Of a stretch of 64,000 nt of DNA, positions 28,495 to 37,965 are shown one piece after another. Under the pieces are notes generated by a model, which saw only the letters and a list, made by a program, of their open reading frames with translations, did not search any database and was not told the DNA's origin. Each line of letters starts with the position of its first letter. Position 1 is the first letter of the stretch. Source of the stretch: Solimonas sp. (lineage in GTDB: Bacteria; Pseudomonadota; Gammaproteobacteria; Nevskiales; Nevskiaceae); assembly GCA_047605265.1 (NCBI GenBank), contig JASGFY010000008.1, positions 22,678 to 86,677 of the forward strand. Direction: 5' to 3'. Position numbers and translations under genes: made by a program.

Positions 28495-29352
28495 ATGAAA
28501 CTCGCGTTCACCAAAATGCACGGCGCCGGCAACGATTTCGTCGTCGTCGATGGGACGCGCGTGCCGTTCCAGCCGAGTCCGGCGCTGCTGCAGCGGCTGA
28601 CCGATCGCCGCTACGGCGTCGGCTGCGACCAGGTGCTGGTGATCGAGCCGCCGTCGCGCGGCGACGTTGATTTCGATTACCGTATCTTCAATGCCGACGG
28701 CAGCGAGGTCGGGCAGTGCGGCAACGGCTCGCGGGCCCTGGCGCGCTTCGTCCGCGAACGCGGTCTGTCGCCGAAGGATGCGATCCGCGTGCGCACGCAG
28801 ACCAGCGTGCTCGAGCTGCGCCACGTCGACGGCGACCGCTACCGCGTCGACATGGGCGTGCCGAAGCTGGAGCCGCGCGACATTCCGTTCGACGCGGCGG
28901 CGCGCGCCGAGCGCTATACGCTGACGCTCGACGCCTTGACGCCCGAAGGCGGCGGGGCGAGCGTCGAGATCGGCGCCGCCAATCTCGGCAACCCGCATGC
29001 GGTGCTGCGCGTCGCCGACGTCGATCACGCGCCGGTCGGCGAGCTCGGTCCGCGCATTCAGCGCCATGCGGCGTTTCCGGAGGGTGTCAACGTCGGCTTC
29101 CTGCAGATCGTCGATCGCGGCCGCGTCCGGCTGCGCGTCTACGAGCGCGGCGCCGGCGAGACGCTAGCCTGTGGCAGCGGCGCCTGCGCCGCGGTCGTCG
29201 TCGGCCGGCTTTGGGGCCTGCTCGACGCGCGTGTCGACGTGCAGGTGCGCGGCGGGCAGCTTACGATCGAGTGGCAGGGCGAGGGCCGGCCGGTGCTGAT
29301 GACGGGACCGGCGGAAACCGTGTTCGAAGGGGAGATCGAATGGCCGAGCTGA
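28495..29352 (+). CDS. dapF: Diaminopimelate epimerase
   Basis: FTKMHGAGNDF, NADGSEVGQCGNG, GNPHAV and ERGAGETLACGSGAC. Confidence 0.97.
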   Translation: MKLAFTKMHGAGNDFVVVDGTRVPFQPSPALLQRLTDRRYGVGCDQVLVIEPPSRGDVDFDYRIFNADGSEVGQCGNGSRALARFVRERGLSPKDAIRVRTQTSVLELRHVDGDRYRVDMGVPKLEPRDIPFDAAARAERYTLTLDALTPEGGGASVEIGAANLGNPHAVLRVADVDHAPVGELGPRIQRHAAFPEGVNVGFLQIVDRGRVRLRVYERGAGETLACGSGACAAVVVGRLWGLLDARVDVQVRGGQLTIEWQGEGRPVLMTGPAETVFEGEIEWPS

Positions 29353-30041
29353 ACGCGCAAACCAAAGAGGCCGTGGTGCCGAAGCTCAACGAGCGCGAGG
29401 TCGCCGCCTACCTGAAAGCGCATCCCGAGTTCCTGTCGCGCCATCCCGATCTGCTCGAGAGCGTCGAACTCCGGCACAACAGCGGCTCTGCGGTCTCGCT
29501 GATCGAGCGGCAGGTCGAACTGCTGCGGGCCAAGAACCAGCGGCTCGAGGACCGTCTCGAGCGCCTGCTCGAAGCGGCGTGCGACAACGAGCGTCGCCAG
29601 GAAAACGTCCATCGTCTCGCGCGCACCCTGATTCGCGCGCCCTCGCTGGCCGCGGTCGCCGCCGGCCTTGTCAAGTGCATGCGCGAGGACTTCGACATCG
29701 ATGCCGCGCTGATCGGCATCGGCGCGGCGCACTACAAGCGTCACGACATCGACGGCATCGTGCCGATCGAGGATGACGGCCGGTTCGCCCGCGCGCTCGA
29801 GAATTTCTTCCGCACGCGGCTGATCGAATGCGGGCCGATCGACGCTGAGCGTGCGAAGCTGCTGTTCCCGAAAGCCGAGGGAATCCGCTCGGCGGCCATC
29901 GTGCCGCTCGAAAAGGAAAAGAGCCTGGGCTTCGTCGCGCTCGGTTCGCGCGAGGCGGAACGCTTCGTCCCCCGGCAGGGCAAGCTGTTCCTCGAACTGA
30001 CGGCCGATCTGGTCGCCGCTGCGGTGCGCGCCCGCACGTGA
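29340..30041 (+). CDS. DUF484 (YigA-like) GAF-fold protein
   Basis: VAAYLKAHPEF, AVSLIERQV and LALGS-like motifs. Conserved position between dapF and xerC. Confidence 0.88.
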   Translation: MAELNAQTKEAVVPKLNEREVAAYLKAHPEFLSRHPDLLESVELRHNSGSAVSLIERQVELLRAKNQRLEDRLERLLEAACDNERRQENVHRLARTLIRAPSLAAVAAGLVKCMREDFDIDAALIGIGAAHYKRHDIDGIVPIEDDGRFARALENFFRTRLIECGPIDAERAKLLFPKAEGIRSAAIVPLEKEKSLGFVALGSREAERFVPRQGKLFLELTADLVAAAVRART

Positions 30042-30988
30042 AAGCGCGCCCGGCCGCCGAGCGCGAGGTTCCGCCGCCGCCGGCCTTCTTCGCCGCGCTG
30101 ACGGCCGGCTATCTGGCCTATCTGGAACACGAGAAGCGCTATTCGGCGCACACGGTCGAGGCGGCGCGGCGCGATCTGCAGCAGTTCGCCGCCTATTGCG
30201 GCGCGGCGCGCATCGCGCGGCTCGAGCAGATCGACGTGCATCTGGTGCGGGCCTTTCTCGGCGACCGCCGCCGCGCCGGCCGCGAGCCGGCGACGCTGCA
30301 TCGCTGCCTGTCGAGCCTGCGCGGCTGGTTCGGCTACCTGATTCGCGAGCGCCGGCTCGATGCCAATCCGGCGCAGCAAGTGCGCGCCCCGAAGCTGCAG
30401 CGCAAGCTGCCGGCGACGCTCGACGCGGAAACGCTCGCCGGCGCGCTCGACCACGACCGCAGCGACGATCCTGCGCCGGTCGCCGATCGCGCACTCATCG
30501 AGCTGTTCTATTCGGCCGGCCTGCGCCTCGGCGAACTGCACGCGCTGAACGTCGACGACGTCGACCGGGACCAGCGCGAGCTGATCGTCGACGGTAAGGG
30601 CGGCAAGCAGCGCATCGCCATGCTCGGCGGCAAGGCGCGCGCCGCGCTCGACGCCTGGCTGCACCTGCGCGGCGGGCAGGCGAACGCCGACGAGCCGGCG
30701 CTGTTCGTGTCGGCGCGCGGGACGCGCCTGTCGCGCGAAGCCATCGGTCGGCGCCTGCGCGGCTGGGCGCAGCGCAACGGGCTGGGTGTGCATCTGCATC
30801 CACACCGCCTGCGGCATTCGTTCGCGACACACATGCTTGAGAACAGCGGAGACTTGCGCGCCGTGCAGGAGATGCTCGGGCATGCCCATCTGTCGACCAC
30901 GCAGATCTACACGCATCTCGACTGGAAACATCTCGCCAGGGTCTACGACGACGCCCATCCGCGCGCGCGCCGCAAACCCGGCCGCTGA
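30038..30988 (+). CDS. xerC: Chromosomal tyrosine recombinase XerC
   Basis: GLRLGEL, GKGGKQR, HPHRLRHSFATH, LGHAHLSTTQIYTH. dapF-DUF484-xerC synteny. Confidence 0.95.
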   Translation: MKARPAAEREVPPPPAFFAALTAGYLAYLEHEKRYSAHTVEAARRDLQQFAAYCGAARIARLEQIDVHLVRAFLGDRRRAGREPATLHRCLSSLRGWFGYLIRERRLDANPAQQVRAPKLQRKLPATLDAETLAGALDHDRSDDPAPVADRALIELFYSAGLRLGELHALNVDDVDRDQRELIVDGKGGKQRIAMLGGKARAALDAWLHLRGGQANADEPALFVSARGTRLSREAIGRRLRGWAQRNGLGVHLHPHRLRHSFATHMLENSGDLRAVQEMLGHAHLSTTQIYTHLDWKHLARVYDDAHPRARRKPGR

Positions 30989-31120
30989 AGGCCTCCCGAG
31001 GCGGCGCGCCGTCGTGATCCCGGCACGCGTTTAGGCGGGCCGTTCCCGGCCTCGCCATGCAGGGCTGAACCGTGCCTGAATCGAGGCTCGGAGGGCTTCT
31101 GAGACCCCTCGCGAACGCGC

Positions 31121-31148
31121 TTGTCCGATGTGAAAAAGCCGGTATGAT
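31121..31148 (+). promoter_or_regulatory. Putative sigma70 promoter of the Cys-rich lipoprotein
   Basis: TTGTCC-N16-TATGAT, the same -35 hexamer and spacing as the csp promoter candidate. Confidence 0.55.
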
Positions 31149-31228
31149 GCCCGCCTTGTCAGAGCATATGCATAGAAGACTCTGCCAAGCCGAATCCACT
31201 CAAAGATTTTCTACCCGGGAGTTGAATC

Positions 31229-31561
31229 ATGACGCGCAACGTTCTCATTGCGATGGGTCTCGCCGCTGCCCTCGCCCTTGCGGCCTGCGGCAAGAAGGAA
31301 GAAGCGCCGGCTGAAGCGCCGGCCGCCGCCGAAGCGCCGGCGCCGGAAGCCGCCGCTCCGGCTGCCGAGCAGCAGGCTGCGGACGCCGCCGCGGCCGCGC
31401 AGTCGTGCACCCAGGATTGCGGCAACGGCGTGACGGCAACGATCCAGTGCGCCGCCGGCGAGACCGCCACCTGCGATTGCGCCGCCGATCCGAAGGCCAA
31501 GTGCGCTCCGGCCGATGCCGCGCCGGCTGCCGAGGCTCCGGCTCCGACCGAAGCGAAGTAA
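31229..31561 (+). CDS. Lipoprotein with a 6-Cys mini-domain flanked by Ala/Pro/Glu linkers
   Basis: Lipobox LAAC (Cys20), GGGGAG RBS, and additional Cys at residues 60, 64, 74, 82, 84 and 92. Confidence 0.85.
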   Translation: MTRNVLIAMGLAAALALAACGKKEEAPAEAPAAAEAPAPEAAAPAAEQQAADAAAAAQSCTQDCGNGVTATIQCAAGETATCDCAADPKAKCAPADAAPAAEAPAPTEAK

Positions 31562-31588
31562 GCGGTCGCTTGCCAGTAGCAGCCGTAC

Positions 31589-31619
31589 GGGAGGGCGCCG
31601 CAAGGCGCCCTCTCTTTTT
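31589..31619 (+). terminator. Rho-independent terminator
   Basis: GAGGGCGCC-GCAA-GGCGCCCTC followed by TCTTTTT. Confidence 0.88.
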
Positions 31620-31659
31620 GCGCGACCGATTCTTTCGCTTTTTCGTGACGCGCCCGCGG

Positions 31660-31689
31660 CTTGAAAGCGCCGGCGCGCGTCCCCACCAT
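31660..31689 (+). promoter_or_regulatory. Sigma32 (RpoH) heat-shock promoter of hslVU
   Basis: CTTGAAA-N14-CCCCACCAT matches the RpoH consensus and lies upstream of hslV. Confidence 0.75.
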
Positions 31690-31721
31690 CGGGGCATCGC
31701 GAATCTCCCGGGATCTCCCTC

Positions 31722-32264
31722 ATGCAACAGTTCGATGGCACCACGATCCTGAGCGTGCGTCGCAACGGCCAGGTCGCGCTCGGTGGCGACGGTCAGGTGT
31801 CGATGGGCAACACGCGCGTCAAGGGCAACGCGCGCAAGGTGCGCCGCCTCTACAACGGCAAGGTGCTCGCCGGTTTCGCCGGCGGCACGGCTGACGCGTT
31901 CACACTGTTCGAGCGCTTCGAGGGCAAGCTCGAGAAGCACGGCGGCCAGCTCGTGCGCGCCGCCGTCGACATGGCCAAGGACTGGCGCACCGACCGCTAC
32001 CTGCGCCGCCTCGAAGCGCTGCTGATCGTCGCCGATCGCGAAGCGACGCTGATGATCTCCGGCAACGGCGACGTCATGGAGCCCGAGCCGCACGGCGTGA
32101 TGGCGATCGGCTCCGGCGGCAGCTTCGCGTCGGCCGCGGCGCGCGCGCTGGTCGACAACACCGAGCTGTCGGCGCGCGACATCGTCGAAAAGGGCCTGCA
32201 CATCGCCGCCGACATCTGCATCTACACGAATCACCATCTGACGATCGAAACGCTGGACGCCTGA
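31722..32264 (+). CDS. hslV: ATP-dependent protease subunit HslV
   Basis: GTTILSVRR (catalytic Thr), [10 protein letters not shown] and AIGSGG. Confidence 0.98.
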   Translation: MQQFDGTTILSVRRNGQVALGGDGQVSMGNTRVKGNARKVRRLYNGKVLAGFAGGTADAFTLFERFEGKLEKHGGQLVRAAVDMAKDWRTDRYLRRLEALLIVADREATLMISGNGDVMEPEPHGVMAIGSGGSFASAAARALVDNTELSARDIVEKGLHIAADICIYTNHHLTIETLDA

Positions 32265-32295
32265 GCGCGGTGCCGCGCGACACATAGAGAACTCA

Positions 32296-33657
32296 ATGAA
32301 CGATGCACTCCCCGCCGCGACGTCGCTGATGACGCCGCGCGAAATCGTCCAGGAGCTGGACCGCCACATCGTCGGCCAGAGCAAGGCCAAGCGCGCCGTC
32401 GCGATCGCGCTGCGCAACCGCTGGCGGCGCGGCCAGATCGATGGTCCGATGCGCGCGGAGATCCATCCCAAGAACATCCTGATGATCGGCCCGACCGGCG
32501 TCGGCAAGACCGAGATTGCGCGCCGTCTGGCGAAGCTCGCGAATGCGCCGTTCGTGAAGGTCGAGGCCACCAAGTTCACCGAGGTTGGCTACGTCGGCAA
32601 GGACGTCGAGACCATCGTCCGCGATCTCGTCGACACTGCGGTCAAGATGACGCGCGAGCAGGCGATGAAGAAGATGCGCGACCGCGCCGAGACGGCCGCC
32701 GAGGAGCGCATCCTCGACGTGCTGTTGCCGCCGCCCAAGGATTTCGGCGAAGCGAGCAGCACGCGCCAGAGCGAATCGGGCGCCGCGCGCCAGGTGTTCC
32801 GCAAGCAGCTGCGCGAAGGCAGGCTCGACGACAAGGAGATCGAGCTGAAGCTCGCCGCGCCGCTGCCGCACGTGCAGCTGATGGGCCCGCCGGGCATGGA
32901 AGAGATGACGCAGCAGCTGCAGGGCATGTTCGCCAACCTCGGCCAGCAGCAGGGCAAGGCGCGCAAACTGAAGATCAAGGAAGCGTTCAAGCAGCTCACC
33001 GACGAGGAAGCGGCCAAGCTGGTCGACGAGGAGGCGATCAAGATCGAGGCGATCCACAACGCCGAGGAGAACGGCATCGTCTTCATCGACGAGATCGACA
33101 AGATCTGCAAGCGCGGCGAGTACTCGGGCGGCAGCGACGTCTCGCGCGAGGGCGTGCAGCGCGACCTGCTGCCGCTGATCGAAGGCTGCACCGTCAATAC
33201 CAAGTACGGTACGGTGAAGACCGACCACGTGCTGTTCATCGCCTCGGGCGCGTTCCATCTCGCCAAGCCCTCGGACCTCGTGCCGGAGCTGCAGGGCCGT
33301 CTGCCGATCCGTGTCGAGCTGGACGCGCTGAAGTCGGAAGACTTCCTGCGCATCCTCACCGAGCCGAACTACGCGCTGACCGAACAGTACAAGGCGCTGA
33401 TGAAGACCGAAGGCGTCGACGTGCAGTTCGACGATGCGGGTCTCAAGCGCATCGCCGAGATCGCCTGGCAGGTCAACGAGAGCACCGAGAACATCGGCGC
33501 GCGCCGCCTGCACACGGTGATGGAGCGGCTGATGGAGGACATCGCCTTCGATGCGCCGGACAAGCCCGGCACGGCGCTGATGATCGACGCGGGTTTTGTC
33601 GACGACAAGCTTGGCCGGCTGGCCGGCGACGAAGATCTCAGCCGCTATATTCTGTGA
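32296..33657 (+). CDS. hslU: ATP-dependent protease ATPase subunit HslU
   Basis: [29 protein letters not shown] and IGARRLHT. Confidence 0.98.
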   Translation: MNDALPAATSLMTPREIVQELDRHIVGQSKAKRAVAIALRNRWRRGQIDGPMRAEIHPKNILMIGPTGVGKTEIARRLAKLANAPFVKVEATKFTEVGYVGKDVETIVRDLVDTAVKMTREQAMKKMRDRAETAAEERILDVLLPPPKDFGEASSTRQSESGAARQVFRKQLREGRLDDKEIELKLAAPLPHVQLMGPPGMEEMTQQLQGMFANLGQQQGKARKLKIKEAFKQLTDEEAAKLVDEEAIKIEAIHNAEENGIVFIDEIDKICKRGEYSGGSDVSREGVQRDLLPLIEGCTVNTKYGTVKTDHVLFIASGAFHLAKPSDLVPELQGRLPIRVELDALKSEDFLRILTEPNYALTEQYKALMKTEGVDVQFDDAGLKRIAEIAWQVNESTENIGARRLHTVMERLMEDIAFDAPDKPGTALMIDAGFVDDKLGRLAGDEDLSRYIL

Positions 33658-33678
33658 TTCGTGATTCGTGATTCGTGA
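33654..33678 (+). repeat. Heptamer tandem repeat (GTGATTC)x3 plus GTGA
   Basis: Read directly from the sequence. Starts within the hslU stop codon. Confidence 0.9.
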
Positions 33679-33693
33679 CGGGGTGATGGGCGG

Positions 33694-34107
33694 ATGGCGC
33701 CGGAACTGATCAGGCTGCACCGCAAAACGCGTGTGCTCGAACTCGGCTGGGCGGACGGCCGCAATGTCCGGCTGCCCTGCGAATACCTGCGCGTGTTCTC
33801 GCCGAGCGCCGAGCTGCGCGGTCACGGCCTGCCGGAGCCGATGCTGGTCGGCGGCAAGCGCGAGGTGAACATCGCGCGCATCGAGCCGGTCGGCAGTTAC
33901 GCCGTGCGCCTCGTGTTCGACGACGGCCACGACAGCGGCCTGTACTCGTGGGACGTGCTCGACGAGCTGGTTCGCGATCACGACGCCAACTGGCAACGCT
34001 ACCTGCAGCGCCTCGCCGAGGTCGGCATGTCGCGCGACCGCGACGTCATGAAGCTCGCCGCGCTGGTGGGGCGGTACACGCCGGCGGACAAAAGCGGAGC
34101 GCCCTGA
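33694..34107 (+). CDS. DUF971 / gamma-butyrobetaine hydroxylase N-terminal-like protein
   Basis: LPCEYLRVFSPSAE.RGH, PVGSYAV and FDDGHDSGLYSW. Confidence 0.92.
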   Translation: MAPELIRLHRKTRVLELGWADGRNVRLPCEYLRVFSPSAELRGHGLPEPMLVGGKREVNIARIEPVGSYAVRLVFDDGHDSGLYSWDVLDELVRDHDANWQRYLQRLAEVGMSRDRDVMKLAALVGRYTPADKSGAP

Positions 34108-34417
34108 CGGAGCTGCACACCCCGAGGCTGCGGGCCGCGACGAATCCGGGCCGTCTCGTTGTCCGAGCCAGACGTCAATCGATGTCAGTGGATGGTGACT
34201 TCGATCCTGCGGCGGCGCATTTGTTAACGGCCTCACTTTCGCGCAGCACGGTTTCTGGACAAAACGCGCGAGCGACGCGCCGTAAAGCTTGATCGCGGCA
34301 TCGCATCCGGCGGCACGGTGCTCGCAGTCACGGCGCTGGTGGTGGTCGGTCTGGTGATTGTCGGCCAGCATGTGTTCGCCCACGCGTTCGAAGACAGCGT
34401 CAAGAAGCACTGAAGAA

Positions 34418-34452
34418 CGCGCACGGCCGGCGGTGCTCGCCGGCCGTGCGCG
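34418..34452. repeat. Perfect 15-bp GC-rich inverted repeat (hairpin, no U-tract)
   Basis: CGCGCACGGCCGGCG-GTGCT-CGCCGGCCGTGCGCG. Confidence 0.8.
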
Positions 34453-34459
34453 CAGGGTT

Positions 34460-36928
34460 TCAGCGCAGCAGTTCGTCGAGCGGCGAGGTCGTGTGGTAGA
34501 GGTGGCCCTGCGCGAAATCAACGCCGAGCCGGCGCAGCGCTTCGAGCGTCGCCTCGTCCTCGACGCCTTCGGCGACGACCTTGAGATCGAGCACGTCGCT
34601 GATCCGGCAGATCGATTCGACGATCGTCCGATTGACGCGGTCGTCGGCCAGCTGGCGCGTGTACATCTGGTCGATCTTCAGGCCGTCGACCGTCATTTGC
34701 CGCAGGTATTCGAAGGAAGTGAAGCCGCTGCCGAAATCGTCGAGCATGACGCGGCAGCCGGCTTCGCGCAGTTGCGCAACGAACCGCTTGGCGTCAGCGA
34801 AGCTGAGCAGGGCCGTGCCCTCGGTGATCTCGAAGCGCAGTACCCGTGGCGGCACGTCGTAGCGCGACAGCGCGTCGAACAGGAATTTGCCGAAAGCCTT
34901 GTCGGAGACGCTGTGGCCGGTCAGGTTGATCGAGACCGTGTCGAATGGCAGTGCGCCGTGCGTGCGCAGGCGGGCCGACAGGCGGCGCAGGCATTCCTCG
35001 AGCACCCAGCGATCGATGTGGACGGCGAGACCGTAGCGCTCGGCGGCCTGCAGGAACGCGCCTGGACGCTGCAGTTCGCCGCCTTGTCCGCGCACGCGCA
35101 GCAGGATCTCGTAGTCGATGGGCGCCGGATCGTGCAGCGAGACGATGCGCTGGCCGTGCAGCTCGACGCCGCCGGTCTCCAACGCCTGCTGGATGCGCGA
35201 TGCCCAGTCGATGTCGAGGAAGGCCTGGCGGACGATGTCGTCGCCCTGGTTGAACAGCTGGATGCGATGGCCGCCCTGGCGCTTGGCGATGTAGCAGGCG
35301 GTGTCGGCCTGGGCGAGTGCGCTGTTGGCGTCCTGCGTGTTGGCGTCGAGCGCGCTGATGCCGATGCTCGCGGCGACCTTGTAGACGCGTCCCTCGTGCT
35401 CGAAGCGGAACGCTTCGATGGTGTGCAGGAGATCTTCGGCGACATGCCGCGCTGACTGCGGCGTCGAGTGCGGCAACAGGGCGGCGAACTCGTCGCCGCC
35501 GGTGCGCGCCAGCAGCGCGGTTGGCGGCAGCGCTTCACGCAGCCGCGGCGCGAGACCGCAGATCAGTCGGTCGCCAGCGATGTGGCCACCGATTTCGTTG
35601 ATCAGCTTGAAGTGATCGAGGTCGAGATAGAGCAGGGTGTGCTGCTCGGGTGCCAGTTTCGAGGTGCTGATCCAGTGCGCGAGTTCGGCCTCGAACTCGT
35701 GGCGATTCGGCAGGCCGGTCAGCGCGTCGTGGCTGGCCTGGTAGATCAGCTGCTCCGACAGCCGGCGCGTGTGCGAGACGTCGTGCAACACGCAGATGCT
35801 GCCGAAAGCGTCGCCGTCGCGTCCGCGCAGCGGCGCCAGCGCCACTTCGACGGTGATACCTTCGCCGCGCCGGCTGCGCAGCTGCGCCAGCGGCGGCCAA
35901 TTGACGCCTTCGCGCGTTGGGCTGCGCAGCGCGATGCCGTGGTCGTCGATCAGGGTCACGACGTCGTCGAATGCGCTGCCGATCAGGTCGTCCGGGTGAT
36001 CGTAGCCGAGCAGCAGGGCGGCGACGTTGTTGCAGAAACGGATGCGGTCGTTGTGATCGACGCGCAGCACGCCGTCGGTGATCGCCGCGAGCATGACCTG
36101 CGCCAGTTCCTTTTCGTCGCGCAGCGCCGTTTCGTAACGCTGGCGCTCACGCACGTCCTCGACCTGCACGACCAGATGGCGCGGTTCGCCGCCGGCATCG
36201 CGGGCCAGCGAGACGTCGACCTGCACCGGAACGACGGTGCCGTCCTTGGCGATGTAGCGCTTGTGGCGGCGCACGCGGTTGACGCGAGCTTCGATCAGCG
36301 CCTGCATGCCCAGGCGGTCCTCGGCGACGTCGTCAGGGTGCGTCACTTCGAAGAAGTGCCGGGCGAGCAGTTCGGCTTCGCTGTGGCCGAGCAGTTCGCA
36401 CAGCGCCCGGTTGACGTCGAGCCAGCGTCCCTGCAGCGACTGCAGCGACAGGCCGATCGGCGCGTCTGCGAAGATGCTGCGGAAGATCGAGTCGCCGTCG
36501 CGCAGCGCCTGCTCGGTCGTGCGCTGATGGTTGATGTCGAGCTGCGTGCCGATCATGCGCAGCGGCTTGCCGGCGGCGTCGCGCGCGATGACGCGGCCGC
36601 GCGCCGCGAACCAGCGGTAGCCTCCGTTCGCGCACTGCAGGCGATGCTCGCTGTAATAGTCGTCGCGATCGCCGCGCAGATGCGCGTCGAGTTCGGCGAA
36701 GGCGGCGGCGCGATCGTCGGGGTGCAGGCGGCCGGCCCAGTCGTCGAATTCACCGACGTGCGGATCATGGCCGTCGAGTCCCAGCGCGAGCAGGTATTCG
36801 CGCGAGCGCCAGACATGATTGCGCTGCAGATCCCAGTCCCACAGGCCCAGGCCGTGACTGTCGAGCGCCTCGCTCCACGGCGTCGAACGCAGATGGGCTT
36901 CAGCCGCAGAGGGAATGCTGGGTCTCAA
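34460..36928 (-). CDS. PAS-PAS-PAS-GGDEF-EAL diguanylate cyclase/phosphodiesterase
   Basis: GLGLWDW PAS, two further PAS domains, HDALTGLPNR, GGDEF, YEILLR, DDFGSG and VAEGVE. TTG start. Confidence 0.95.
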   Translation of the reverse strand: MRPSIPSAAEAHLRSTPWSEALDSHGLGLWDWDLQRNHVWRSREYLLALGLDGHDPHVGEFDDWAGRLHPDDRAAAFAELDAHLRGDRDDYYSEHRLQCANGGYRWFAARGRVIARDAAGKPLRMIGTQLDINHQRTTEQALRDGDSIFRSIFADAPIGLSLQSLQGRWLDVNRALCELLGHSEAELLARHFFEVTHPDDVAEDRLGMQALIEARVNRVRRHKRYIAKDGTVVPVQVDVSLARDAGGEPRHLVVQVEDVRERQRYETALRDEKELAQVMLAAITDGVLRVDHNDRIRFCNNVAALLLGYDHPDDLIGSAFDDVVTLIDDHGIALRSPTREGVNWPPLAQLRSRRGEGITVEVALAPLRGRDGDAFGSICVLHDVSHTRRLSEQLIYQASHDALTGLPNRHEFEAELAHWISTSKLAPEQHTLLYLDLDHFKLINEIGGHIAGDRLICGLAPRLREALPPTALLARTGGDEFAALLPHSTPQSARHVAEDLLHTIEAFRFEHEGRVYKVAASIGISALDANTQDANSALAQADTACYIAKRQGGHRIQLFNQGDDIVRQAFLDIDWASRIQQALETGGVELHGQRIVSLHDPAPIDYEILLRVRGQGGELQRPGAFLQAAERYGLAVHIDRWVLEECLRRLSARLRTHGALPFDTVSINLTGHSVSDKAFGKFLFDALSRYDVPPRVLRFEITEGTALLSFADAKRFVAQLREAGCRVMLDDFGSGFTSFEYLRQMTVDGLKIDQMYTRQLADDRVNRTIVESICRISDVLDLKVVAEGVEDEATLEALRRLGVDFAQGHLYHTTSPLDELLR

Positions 36929-37097
36929 GGGAGTTCGCTCGTCGATCCCGTAACTTAGCGCGAAATGGTGGGGCTTGTGCAGGGGAGGCGACCAGCGGTG
37001 GGCGGCCGCCGACCGGCGTCGAGTGAAGCAAGAGACGGGCCTGCGCTGCGCCGGGGTGGCCAGCGGCTACAATGACGTTTCGACCCCGCGCCCAGAC

Positions 37098-37880
37098 ATG
37101 ACTCGCGAATCCAAACCCGGTGCCGCCGAAGGCACCACGCTCCGCACGACCGATTTCGGTTACGAGCAGGTGCCGATCGGCGAGAAGCGCCGTCGCGTCG
37201 CCGGCGTGTTCACTTCGGTCGCGCATAAGTACGACCTGATGAACGACCTGATGTCGATGGGCATCCATCGCATCTGGAAGCGCTTCGCGATCGATCTAGC
37301 CGGCGTGCGCGCCGGCGAGAAAGTGCTCGACGTCGCCGGCGGCACCGGCGACCTGACGCGCGAATTCGCCAGGGCCGCGGGACCGAAGGGCCTGGTGATC
37401 CTGTCCGACATCAACGCGGCGATGCTCGGCGAAGGCCGCAGGCGCCTCATCGACCACGGCCTCGTCGGCGTGCCGGCCGTGCAGGCCAATGCCGAGTGCC
37501 TGCCGTTCGAGGAAGGCACGTTCGACTGCATCACCATCGGCTTCGGCCTGCGCAACGTCACCGACAAGGATGCCGCGCTGCGCTCGATGACCCGCTGTCT
37601 CAAGCCCGGCGGCCGGCTGCTGGTAATGGAATTCAGCAAGCCGCTGAGCCCGCTGCTCGGCAAGGCCTACGATCAGTACTCGTTCAAGCTGCTGCCGCTG
37701 ATGGGCCGCGTCGTGGCGCGCGACGAGGCGTCATACCGCTACCTCGCCGAGTCGATCCGCATGCATCCGGATCAGCAGACGCTGAAGGGCATGATGGAAA
37801 ACGCCGGGCTCGATCGCGTGCAGGTCTACAACCTCAGCGGCGGCATCGTTGCCGTGCATCGCGGATTCCGCCTGGAATGA
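37098..37880 (+). CDS. ubiE: Ubiquinone/menaquinone C-methyltransferase
   Basis: [33 protein letters not shown] and [12 protein letters not shown]. Confidence 0.97.
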   Translation: MTRESKPGAAEGTTLRTTDFGYEQVPIGEKRRRVAGVFTSVAHKYDLMNDLMSMGIHRIWKRFAIDLAGVRAGEKVLDVAGGTGDLTREFARAAGPKGLVILSDINAAMLGEGRRRLIDHGLVGVPAVQANAECLPFEEGTFDCITIGFGLRNVTDKDAALRSMTRCLKPGGRLLVMEFSKPLSPLLGKAYDQYSFKLLPLMGRVVARDEASYRYLAESIRMHPDQQTLKGMMENAGLDRVQVYNLSGGIVAVHRGFRLE

Positions 37881-37900
37881 AAGTCGCGCAGCGATGCCAA

Positions 37901-37965
37901 TGCCCCTCGCCCGCGCAGCGGGAGAGGGGAGGACCGTCCGCGGACGCGGACGGTGGGGTGAGGGC
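37901..37965. repeat. CCCTCACCCC/CCCTCTCCC-type palindromic intergenic element
   Basis: GCCCCTCGCCCGC-GCA-GCGGGAGAGGGG hairpin, internal ACCGTCCGC-GGAC-GCGGACGGT hairpin and terminal GGGGTGAGGGC abutting the ubiJ start. Confidence 0.7.

Noticed and set aside
30038-30988. Tyrosine recombinase as the integrase of a mobile element
   Set aside because: The dapF-DUF484-xerC context and its motifs identify housekeeping XerC. No att sites or cargo are present.
31289-31560. Repeated GCGCCGGC/GAAGCGCCG units as a CRISPR or DNA repeat array
   Set aside because: They are codon repeats of the Ala/Pro/Glu linker. There are no constant repeats with unique spacers and no cas genes.
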